A stretch of 64,000 nt of DNA from the human T2T-CHM13v2.0 reference genome, Homo sapiens. Location of the stretch: NCBI RefSeq assembly GCF_009914755.1, contig NC_060937.1; one strand, written 5' to 3'. This document shows, piece by piece, positions 1-13,980 of this stretch (position 1 is its first letter; the number at the start of each line of letters is the position of its first letter). The notes beneath the pieces were generated by a model, which was not told where the DNA came from, did no database searches, and saw nothing but the letters and a program-made list of their open reading frames with translations. Made by a program: the position numbers and the translations under genes.

Positions 1-3000
1 CACCCAAGGTATATATTCTATACTGTACAAAAAATATCAAAGTACTCAAAGCATGTATTATATACTGTACATAAAAGATGAAAGTACATCAAATATATAT
101 TTTATTCTGTACATAAAATATCAAAGTACACCAGATATATATTTTATAGTGTACATAAAATATCAAAGTACCCAAACTATACATTATATACTGTACATAA
201 AATATGAAATTACATCAACTATATATTATATTAGGTACATAAAATATGAAAGTACATCAAATATAGATCATATACTGTACATAAAATATAAAAGTACCCC
301 AAATATATATTATATACTGTACAAGAAATATCAAAATACACAAACTATATATTATATACTGTAGAAAAAATATCAAAGTACCCAAAGCAAGTATTATTTA
401 CTGTACATAAAAATGAATGTACATCAAATATATATTTTATTCTGTACATAAAATATCAAAGTACACCAGATATATAATTTATAGTGCACATAAAACATCA
501 AGGTACACAAACTATACATTATACACTGTACATAAAATATGAAATTACATCAAATATGTATTATATTGGGTACATAGAATAGGAAAGTACATCAAATATA
601 GATTATTAATTGTACATAAAATATCAAAGAACCCCAAATATATATTATATACTGTACATGAAATATCAAAGTTCACAAACTATATATTATATACTGTACA
701 TAAAATATCAAGGTACCCAAGGTATATATTCTATACTGTACAAAAAATATCAAAGTACCCAAAGCATGTATTATATACTGTACCTAAAATATGAGAATAC
801 ATCAAATATATATTTTATTTTGTACATAAAATATCAAAGTACACCAAATATATATTTTATAGTGTACATAAAATATCAAAGTACCCAAACTATACATTAC
901 ATACTGTACATAAAATATGAAATTACATCAAATATATATTATATTAGGTATATAAAATATGAAAGTACATAAAATATAGATGATATACTGTACATAAAAT
1001 ATCAAAGTAGCCAAATATATATTATACAGTGTACATGAAATATCAAAATTTACAAAATATATATTATATAATGTACATAAAATATCAAAGTACCCAAAGC
1101 AAGTATTTTTTACTGTACATAAAAATGAAAGTACGTCAAATATATATTTTATTCTGTACATAAAATATCAAAGTACACCAGATATATATTTTATAGTGTA
1201 CATAATATATCAAGGTACCCAAACTATACATTATATACTGTACATAAAATATGAAATTACATCAAATATATATTATATTAGGTACGTAAAATATGAAAGT
1301 ACATCAAATATAGATTATATACTGTACATAAAATATAAAAGAACCCCAAATATATATTATATACTGTACATGAAATATCAAAATACACAAACTACATATT
1401 ATATACTGTACATAAAATATCAAAGTACCCAAGGTATATATTCTATACTGTACAAAAAATATCAAAGTACCCAAAGCATGTATTATATACTGTACATAAA
1501 ATATGAAAGTACATCAAATATATATTTTATTCTGTACATAAAATATCAAAGTACACCAGATATATATTTTATAGTGTACATAAAGTATCAAAGTTCCCAA
1601 ACTATACATTATATACTGTACATAAAATATGAAATTACATCAAATATATATTATATTAGTTACCTAAAATATGAAAGTACATCAAATATAGATTATTAAC
1701 TGTACATAAAATATCAAAGAACCCCAAATATATATTATATACTGTACATGAAATATCAAAGTTCACAAACTATATATTATATACTGTACATAAAATATCA
1801 AAGTACCCAACGTATATATTCTATACTCTACAAAAAATATCAAAGTACCCAAAGCATGTATTATATACTGTACATAAAATATGAAAGTACATCAAATATA
1901 TATTTGATTCTGTACATAAAATAACAAAGTACACCAGATATATATTTTATAGTGTACATAAAATATCAAAGTACCCAAACTATACATTACATACTGTACA
2001 TAAAATATGAAATTACATCAAATATATATTATATTAGGAACATAAAATATGAAAGTACATCAAATATAGATTATTAACTGTGCATAAAATATCAAAGAAC
2101 CCCAAATATATATTATATACTGTACATGAGATATCAAACTTCACAAACTATATATTATATACTGTACATAAAATATCAAAGTACCCAAGGTATATATTCT
2201 ATACTGTACAAAAAATATCAAAGTACCCAAAGCATGTATTATATACTGTACATAAAAGATGAAAGTACATCAAATATATATTTTATTCTGTACATATAAT
2301 ATCAAAGTACACCAGATATATATTTTATAGTGTACATAAAATATAAAAGTACCCAAACTATACATTATATACTGTACATAAAATATGAAATTACATCAAA
2401 TATATATTATATTAGGTACATAAAATATGAAAGTACATCAAATATAGATTATATACTGTACACAAAATATAAAAGTACCCCAAATATATATTATATACTG
2501 TACAAGAAATATCAAAATACACAAACTATATATTATATACTGTAGAAAAAATATCAAAGTACCCAAAGCAAGTATTATTTACTGTACATAAAAATGAAAG
2601 TACATCAAATATATATTTTATTCTGTACATAAAATATCAAAGTACACCAGATATATAATTTATAGTGTACATAAAACATCAAGGTACACAAACTATACAT
2701 TATATACTGTACATAAAATATGAAATAATGTCAAATATGTATTATATTGGGTACATAAAATAGGAAAGTACATCAAATATAGATTATTAATTGTACATAA
2801 AATATCAAAGAACCCCAAATATATATTATATACTGTACATGAAATATCAAAGTTCACAAACTATATATTATATACTGTACATAAAATATCAAGGTACCCA
2901 AGGTATATATTCTATACTGTACAAAAAATATCAAAGTACCCAAAGCATGTATTATATACTGTACGTAAAATATGAGAATACATCAAATATATATTTTATT

Positions 3001-6000
3001 CTGTACATAAAATATCAAAGTACACCAGATATATATTTTATAGTGTACATAAAATATCAAAGTACCCAAACTATACATTACATACTGTACATAAAATATG
3101 AAATTACATCAAATATATATTATATTAGGTATATAAAATATGAAAGTACATAAAATATAGATGATATACTGTACATAAAATATCAAAGTAGCCCAAATAT
3201 ATATTATACAGTGTACATGAAATATCAAAATTTACAAAATATATATTATATAATGTACTTAAAATATCAAAGTATCCAAAGCAAGTATTTTTTACTGTAC
3301 ATAAAAATGAAAGTACATCAAATATATATTTTATTCTGTACATAAAATATCAAAGTACACCAGATATATATTTTATAGTGTACATAATATATCAAGGTAC
3401 CCAAACTATACATTATATACTGTACATAAAATATGAAATTACATCAAATATATATTATATTAGGTACGTAAAATATGAAAGTACATCAAATATAGATTAT
3501 ATACTGTACATAAAATATAAAAGAACCCCAAATATATATTATATACTGTACATGAAATATCAAAATACACAAACTATATATTATATAATGTACATAAAAT
3601 ATCAAAGTACCCAAGGTATGTATTCTATACTGTACAAAAAATATCAAAGTACCCAAGCATGTATTATATACTGTACATAAAATATGAAAGTACATCAAAT
3701 ATATATTTGATTCTGGACATAAAATAACAAAGTACACCCAATATATATTTTATAGTGTACATAAAATATCAAAGTACCCAAACTATACATTACATACTGT
3801 ACATAAAATATGAAATTACATCAAATATATATTATATTAGGAACATAAAATATGAAAGTACATCAAATATAGATTATTAACTATATATAAAATATCAAAG
3901 AACCCCAAATATATATTATATACTGTACATGAGATATCAAACTTCACAATCTATATATTATATACTGTACATAAAATATCAAAGCACCCAAGGTATATAT
4001 TCTATACTGTACAAAAAATATCAAAGTACCCAAAGCATGTATTATATACTGTACATAAAAGATGAAAGTACATCAAATATATATTTTATTCTGTACATAA
4101 AATATCAAAGTACACCAGATATATATTTTATAGTGTACATAAAATATCAAAGTACCCAAACTATACATTATATACTGTACATAAAATATGAAATTACATC
4201 AAATATATATTATATTAGGTACATAAAATATGAAAGTACATCAAATATAGATTATATACTGTACACAAAATATAAAAGTACCCCAAATATATATTATATA
4301 CTGTACAAGAAATATCAAAATACACAAACTATATATTATATACTGTAGAAAAAATATCAAATTACCCAAAGCAAGTATTATTTACTGTACATAAAAATGA
4401 ATGTACATCAAATATATATTTTATTCTGTACATAAAATATCAAAGTACACCAGATATATAATTTATAGTGTACATAAAACATCAAGGTACACAAACTATA
4501 CATTATATACTGTACATAAAATATGAAATTACATCAAATATGTATTATATTGGGTACATAAAATAGGAAAGTACATCAAATATAAATTATTAATTGTACA
4601 TAAAATATCAAAGAACCCCAAATATATATTATATACTGTACATGAAATATCAAAGTTCACAAACTGTATATTATATACTGTGCATAAAATATCAAGGTAC
4701 CCAAGGTATATATTCTATACTGTACAAAAAATATCAAAGTACCCAAAGCATGTATTATATACTGTACATAAAATATGAAAGTACATCAAATATATATTTG
4801 ATTCTGTACATAAAATAACAAAGTACACCAGATATATATATTATAGTGAACATATAATATCAAAGTACCCAAACTATACATTACATACTGTACATAAAAT
4901 ATGAAATTACATCAAATATATATTATATTAGGAACATAAAATATGAAAGTACATCAAATATAGATTATTAACTGTACGTAAAATATCAAAGAACCCCAAA
5001 TATATATTATATGCTGTACATGAGATATCAAACTTCACAAACTATATATTATATACTGTAGATAAAATATCAAAGTACCCAAGGTATATATTCTATACTG
5101 TAAAAAAATATCAAAGTACCCAAAGCATGTATTATAAACTGTATATAAAATATGAAAGTACATCAAATATATATTTTATTCTGTACATAAAATATCAAAG
5201 TACACCAGATATATATTTTATAGTGTACATAAAATATCAAAGTACCCAAACTATACATTACATACTGTAGATAAAATATGAAATTACATCAAATATATAT
5301 TATATTAGGAACATAATATATGAAAGTACATCAAATATAGATTATTAACTGTACGTAAAATATCAAAGAACCCCAAATATACATTATATACTGTACATGA
5401 CATATCAAAATTCACAAACTATATATTTTATAATGTACATAAAATATCAAAGTACCCAAGGTATATATTCTATACTGTACAAAAAATATCAAAGTACCCA
5501 AAGCATGTATTATATACTGTACATAAAATATGAAAGTACATCAAATATATATTTTATTCTGTACATAAAATATCAAAGTACACCAGATATATATTTTATA
5601 GTGTACATAAAATATCAAAATACCCAAAATATACATTATAAACTGTACATATAATATGAAATTACATCTAATATATATTATATTAGTTACCTAAAATATG
5701 AAAGTACATCAAATATAGATTATTAACTGTACATAAAATATCAAAGAACCCCAAATATATATTATATACTGTACATGAAATATCAAAGTTCACAAACTAT
5801 ATATTATATACTGTAGATAAAATATCAAAGTACCCAAGGTATATATTCTATGCTGTACAAAAAATATCAAAGTACCCAAATCATGTATCATATACTGTAC
5901 ATAAAATATGAAAGTACATGAAATATATATATTATTCTGTACATAAAATATCAAAGTACACCAGATATATATTTTATAGTGTACATAAAATATCAAATTA

Positions 6001-8450
6001 CCAAAACTATACATTATATACTGTACATAAAATATGAAAGTACATCAAATATATATTACATTAGTTACCTAAAATATGAAAGTACATCAAATATAGATTA
6101 TTAACTGTACATAAAATATCAAAGTACCCCAAATATATATTATATACTGTACATGAAATATCAAAGTTCCCAAACTATATATTATATACTGTACATAAAA
6201 TATCAAATTACACAAGGTATATATTCTATACTGTACAAAAAATACCAAAGTACCCAAAGCATGTATTATATACTGTACATAAAATATGAAAGTACATCAA
6301 ATATATATTTTATTCTGTACATAAAATATCAAAGTACACCAGATATATATTTTATAGTGTACATAAAATATCAAAGTACCCAAACTATACATTATATACT
6401 GTACATAAAATATGAAATTGCATCAAATATATATTATATTAGTTACCTAAAATATGAAAGTACATCAAATATAGATTATATACTGTACAGAAAATATCAA
6501 ATACCCCAAATATATATTCTATACTGTACATGAAATATCAAAGTTCACAAACTATATATTATATACTGTACATAAAATATCAAAGTACCCAAGGTATATA
6601 TTCTATACTGTACAAAAAATATCAAAGTACCCAAAGCATGTATTATATACTGTACATAAAAGATGAAAGTACATCAAATATATATTTGATTCTGTACATA
6701 AAATAACAAAGTACACCCGATATATATTTTATAGTGTACATAAAATATCAAAGTACCCAAACTATACATTACATACTGTACATAAAATATGAAATTACAT
6801 CAAATATATATTATATTAGGAACATAAAATATGAAAGTACATCAAATATAGATTATTAACTGTACATAAAATATCAAAGAACCCCAAATATATATTATAT
6901 ACTGTACATGAGATATCAAACTTCACAAACTATATATTATATACTGTACATAAAATATCAAAGTACCCAAGGTATATATTCTACACTGTACAAAAAATAT
7001 CAAAGTACCCAAAGCATGTATTATATACTGTACATAAAATATGAAAGTACATCAAATATATATTTTATTCTGTATATAAAATATCAAAGTACACCAGATA
7101 TATATTTTATAGTGTACATAAAATATCAAAGTACCCAAACTATACATTATATACTGTACATAAAATATGAAATTACATCAAATATATATTATATTAGGTA
7201 CATAAAATATGGAAGTACATAAAATATAGATGATATACTGTACATAAAATATCAAAGTAGCCTAAATATATATTATACAGTGTACATGAAATATCAAAAT
7301 TTATAAAATATATATTACATAATGTACATAAAATATCAAAATACCCAAAGCAAGTATTATATACTGTACATAAAAGATGAAAGTACATCAAATATATATT
7401 TTATTCTGTACATAAAATATCAAAGTACACCAGATATATATTTTATAGTGTACATAAAATATCAAGGTACCCAAACTATACATTATATCCTGTACATAAA
7501 ATATGAAATTACATCAAATATATATTATATTAGGTACATAAAATATGAAAGTACATCAAATATAGATTATATACTGTACATAAAATATAAAAGAACCCCA
7601 AATATATATTATATACTGTACATGAAATATCAAAATACACAAACTATATATTATATACTGTACATAAAATATCAAAGTACCCAAGGTATATATTATATAC
7701 TGTACAAAAAATATCAAAGTACCCAAAGCATGTATTATATACTGTACATAAAATATGAAAGTACATCAAATATATATTTGATTCTGTACATAAAATAACA
7801 AAGTACACCAGATATATATTTTATAGTGTACATAAAATATCAAAGTACCCAAACTATACATTACACACTGTACATAAAATATGAAATTACATCAAATATA
7901 TATTATATTAGTTACCTAAAATATGAAAGTACATCAAATATAGATTATTAACTGTATATAAAATATCAAAGAACCCCAAATATATATTATATACGGTACA
8001 TGAAATATCAAACTTCACAAACTATATATTATATAAGGTACATAAAATATCAAAGTACCGAAGGCATATATTCTATACTGTACAAAAAATATCACAGTAC
8101 CCAAAGCATGTATCATATACTGTACATAAAATATGAAAGTACATCAAATATATATATTATTCTGTACATTAAATATCAAAGTACACCAGATATATATTTT
8201 ATAGTGTACATAAAATATCAAACTACCCAAACTATACATTATATACTGTACATAAAATATGAAAGTACATCAAATATATATTATATTAGTTACCTAAAAT
8301 ATGAAAGTACATCAAATATAGATTATTAACTGTACATAAAATATCAAAGTACCCCAAATATATATTATATACTGTACATGAAATATCAAAGTTCACAAAC
8401 TATATATTATATACTGTACATAAAATATCAAAGTACCCAAGGTATATATT
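1..8450 (+). repeat. Left HOR sub-family domain (more diverged, contains 8-mer units)
   Basis: Diagnostic alleles: M3 'ttttatagtg' (last near 8200), M6 'gattattaac' (last at 8321), 'aaagaacccc', 'attagttacct', 'aggaacat', and 'aaagcaagt' 8-mer junctions. I did not see these after ~8.4 kb. Confidence 0.85.
51..4747 (+). repeat. Local super-repeat of 2181 bp (6 HOR units, 52 monomers), then an 1803-bp copy and the start of a third copy
   Basis: Unit starts at 51, 387, 764, 1099, 1476, 1854 and 2232 give lengths 336+377+335+377+378+378 = 2181. The shared marker 'tgtagaaaaaa...gcaagtattattt...attgggtac...ataggaaag' occurs at ~360, 2541 and 4344. ORF pairs: 610/2791/4594. Confidence 0.85.
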
Positions 8451-11400
8451 TTATACTGTACAAAAAATATCTAAGTACCCAAAGCATGTATCATATACTG
8501 TACATAAAATATGAAAGTACATCAAATATATATTTTATTCTGTACATGAAATGTCAAAGTACACCAGATATATATTCTATAGTGTTGATAAAATTACAAA
8601 GTACACAAACTATAAATTATATACTGTACATAAAATATGAAATTACATCAAATATATATTAGGTACATAAAATATGAAAGTACATCAAATATAGATTATA
8701 TACTGTACATATAATATCAATGTACCCCAAATATATATTTTATACTCTACATGAAATATCAAAGTTCACAAACCATACATTATATACTGTACATAAAATA
8801 TCAAAGTACCCAAGGTATATATTCTATACTGTACAAAAAATATCAAAGTACCCAAAGCATGTATTATATACTGTACATAAAATATGAAAGTACATCAAAT
8901 ATATATTTTATTCTGTACATAAAATATCAAAGTACACCAGATATATATTCTATAGTGTACATAAAATATCAAAGTACCCAAACTATACATTATATACTAT
9001 ACATAAAATATGAAATTACATCAAATATATATTATATTAGGTACATAAAATATGAAAGCACATCAAATATAGATTATATACTGTACATTAAATACCAAAG
9101 TACCCCAAATATATATTTTATATTGTACATCAAATATCAAAGTTCACAAACTATATATTATATACTGTACATAAAATATCAAAGTACCCAAGGTATATAT
9201 TCTATACTGTACAAAAAATATCAAAGTACCCAAAGCATGTATTATATATTGTACATAAAATATGAAAGTACATCAAATATATATTTTATTCTGTACATAA
9301 AACATCAAAGTACACCAGATATATATTCTATAGTGTACATAAAATATCAAAGTACCCAAACTATACATTATATACTGTACATAAAATATGAAATTACATC
9401 AAATATATATTATATTAGGTACATAAAATATGAAAGTACATCAAATATAGATTATATACTGTACATAAAATATCAAAGTACCCCAAATATATATTATATA
9501 CTCTACATGAAATATCAAAGTTCACAAACTATATATTATATACTGTACATAAAATATCAAAGTATCCAAGGTATATATTCTATACTGTACAAAAAATATC
9601 AAAGTATCCAAAGCATGTATTATATACTGTATATATAATATGAAAGTAAATTAAATATATATTTTATTCTGTACATAAAATATCAAAGTACACCAGATAT
9701 ATATTCTATAGTGTACATAAAATAACAAAGTACACAAACTATAAATTATATACTGTACATAAAATATGAAATTACATCAAATATATATTAGGTACATAAA
9801 ATATGAAAGTACATCAAATATAGATTATATACTGTACATATAATATCAATGTACCCCAAATATATATTTTACACTCTACATGAAATATCAAAGTTCACAA
9901 ACCATATATTATATACTGTACATAAAATATCAAAGTACCCAAGGTATATATTCTATACTATACAAAAAATAGCAAAGTACCCAAAGCATGTATTATATAC
10001 TGTACATAAAATATGAAAGTACATCAAATATATATTTTATTCTGTACATAATATATCAAAGTACACCAGATATATATTCTATAGTGTACATAAAATATCA
10101 AAGTACCCAAACTATACATTATATACTGTACATAAAATATGAGATTACATCAAATATATATTATATTAGGTACATAAAATATGAAAGTACATCAGATATA
10201 GATTATATACTGTACATAAAATATCAAAGTACCCCAAATATATATTATATACTCTACATGAAATATCAAAGTTCACAAACTATATATTATATACTGTACA
10301 TAAAATATCAAAGTACCCAAGGTATATATTCTATACTGTACAAAAAACATCAAAGTACCCAAAGCATGCATTATATACTGTACATAAAATATGAAAGTAC
10401 ATCAAATATATATTTTATTCTGTACATAAAATATCAAAGTACACCAGATATATATTCTATAGTGTACATAAAATAACAAAGTACAAAACTAAACATTATA
10501 TACTGTACATAAAATATGAAATTACATCAAATATATTTTATATTAGGTACATAAAATATGAAAGTACTTCAAATATAGATTATATACTGTACATAAAATA
10601 TCAAAGTACCCCAAATATAGATTATATACTCTACATGAAATATCAAAGTTCACAAACTATATATTATATACTGTACATAAAATATCAAAGTACCCAAGGT
10701 ATATATTCTATACTGTACAAAAAATATCAAAGTACCCAAAGCATGTATTATATACTGTATACAAAATATGAAAATACATTAAATATATATTTTATTCTGT
10801 ACATAAAATATCAAAGTACACCAGATATGTATTCTATAGTGTACATAAAATAACAAAGTACACAAACTATAAATTATATACTGTACGTAAAATATGAAAT
10901 TACATCAAATATATATTAGGTACATAAAATATGAAAGTACATCAAATATAGATTATATACTGTACATATAATATCAATGTACCCCAAATATATATTTTAT
11001 ACTCTACATGAAATATCAAAGTTCACAAACCATACATTATATACTGTACATAAAATATCAAAGTACCCAAGGTATATATTCTATACTGTACGAAAAATAT
11101 CAAAGTACCCAAAGCATGTATTATATACTGCACATAAAATATGAAAGTACATCAAATATATATTTTATTCTGTACATAAAATATCAAAGTACACCAGATA
11201 TATATTCTATAGTGTACATAAAATATCAAAGTACCCAAACTATACATTATATACTGTACATAAAATATGAATTTACATCAAATATATATTAGGTACATAA
11301 AATATGAAAGTACATCAAATATAGATTATATACTGAACACATAATATTAATGTACCCCAAATATATATTTTATACTCTACATGAAATATCAAAGTTCAGA

Positions 11401-13980
11401 AACCATACATTATATACTGTACATAAAATATCAAAGTACCCAAGGTATATATTCTATACTGTACAAAAAATATCAAAGTACCAAAAGCATGTATTATATA
11501 CTGTACCTAAAATATGAAAGTACATCAAATATATATTTTATTCTGTACATAAAATATCAAAGTACACCAGATATATATTCTATAGTGTACATAAAATATC
11601 AAAGTACCCAAACTATACATTATATACTGTACATAAAATATGAAATTACATCAAATATATATTAGGTACATAAAATATGAAAGTACATCAAATATAGATT
11701 ATATACTGTACATAAAATATCAAAGTACCCCAAATATATATTATACATCTACATGAAATATCAAAGTTCACAAACTATATGTTATATACTGTACATAAAA
11801 TATCAAAGTACCCAAAGTATATATTCTATACTGTACAAAAAATATCAAAGTACCCAAAGCATGTATTATATACTGTACATAAAATATGAAAGTACATCAA
11901 ATATATATTTTATTCTGTACATAAAATATCAAAGTACACCAGATATATATTCTATAGTGTACATAAAATATCAAAGTACAGAAACTATACATTATATACT
12001 GTACAAAAAATATGAAATTACATCAAATATATATTAGGTACATAAAATATGAAAGTACATCAAATATACATTATATACTGTACATAAAATATCAAAGTAC
12101 CCCAAATATATATTATATACTCTACATGAAATATCAAATTTCACAAACTATATAGTATATACTGTACATAAAATATCAAAGTACCCAAGGTATATATTCT
12201 ATAGTGTACATAAAATAACAAAGTACACAAACTATAAATTATATACTGTACATAAAATATGAAATTACATCAAATATATATTAGGTACATAAAATATGAA
12301 AGTACATCAAATATAGATTATATACTGTACATATAATATCAATGTACCACAAATATATATTTTATACTCTACATGAAATATCAAAGTTCACAAACCATAT
12401 ATTATATACTGTACATAAAATATCAAAGTACCCAAGGTATATATTCTATACTGTACAAAAAATATCAAAGTACCCAAAGCATGTATTATATACTGTACAT
12501 AAAATATGAAAGTACATCAAATATATATTTTATTCTGTACATAAAATATCAAGGTACACCAGATATATATTCTATAGTGTACATAAAATATCAAAGTACC
12601 CAAACTATAAATTATATACTGTACATAAAATATGAAATTACATCAAATATATATTATATTAGGTACATAAAATATGAAAGTACATCAAATATAGATTATA
12701 TACTGTACATTAAATACCAAAGTACCCCAAATATAAATTTTATACTGTACATGAAATATCAAAGTTCACAAACTATATATTATATTGTGTACATAAAATA
12801 TCAAAGTACCCAAGGTATATATTCTATACTGTACAAAAGATATCAAAGTACCCAAAGCATGTATTATATACTGTACATAAAATATGAAAGTACATCAAAT
12901 ATATATTTTATTCTCTACATAAAATATCAAAGTACACCAGATATATATTCTATAGTGTACATAAAATATCAAAGTACCCACACTATACATTATATACTGT
13001 ACATAAAATATGAAATTACATCAAATCTATATTAGGTACATAAAATATGAAAGTACATCAAATATAGGTTATATACTGTACATAAAATATCAAAGTACCC
13101 CAAATATATATTATATACTCTACATGAAATACCAAAGTTCACAAACAATATATTATATACTGTACATAAAATATCAAAGTACCCAAGGTATATATTCTAT
13201 ACTGTGCAAAAAATATCAAAGTACCCAAAGCATGTATTATATACTGTTTATAAAATTTGAAAATGCATCAAATATATATTTTATTCCGTACATAAAATAT
13301 CAAAGTACACCAGATATATATTCTATAGTGTACATGAAATATCAAAGTACCCAAACTATACATTATATACTATACATAAAATATGAGATTACATCAAATA
13401 TATATTATATTAGGTACATAAAATATGAAAGTACATCAAATATAGATTATATAGTGTACATAAAATATCAAAGTACCCCAAATACATATTATATACTCTA
13501 CATGAAATATCAAAGTTCACAAACTATATATTATATACTGTACATAAAATATGAAAGTACCCAAGGTATATATTCTATACTGTACAAAAGATATCAAAGT
13601 ACCCAAAGCATGTATTATATAATGTATATAAAATATGAAAGTACATTAAATATATATTTTATTCTGTACATAAAATATCAAAGTACACCAGATATATATT
13701 CTATAGTGTACATAAAATAACAAAGTACACAAACTATAAATTATATACTGTACATAAAATATGAAATTACATCAAATATATATTAGGTACATAAAATATG
13801 AAAGTACATCAAATATAGATTATATACTGTACATATAATATCAATGTACCCCTAATATATATTTTATACTCTACATGAAATATCAAAGTTCACAAACCAT
13901 ACATTATCTACTGTACATAAAATATCAAAGTACCCAAGGTATATATTCTATACTGTACAAAAAATATCAAAGTACCAAAA
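8450..13980 (+). repeat. Outer layer, left side: HOR sub-family including 373-bp (5-bp deleted) units
   Basis: M3 switches to 'ttctatagtg' from ~8575. The M5 deletion allele 'aatatatattaggtac' occurs at ~8661, 9790, 10918, 11291, 11664, 12036, 12283, 13034 and 13785. Also 'caatgtacc', 'actctacatg' and 'acaaaccata'. Confidence 0.85.

Noticed and set aside
600-8335. 'gattattaac' as an indel variant
   Set aside because: Unit length stays 378 (e.g. 1476 to 1854), so it is an AT to TA two-base substitution, not an indel.
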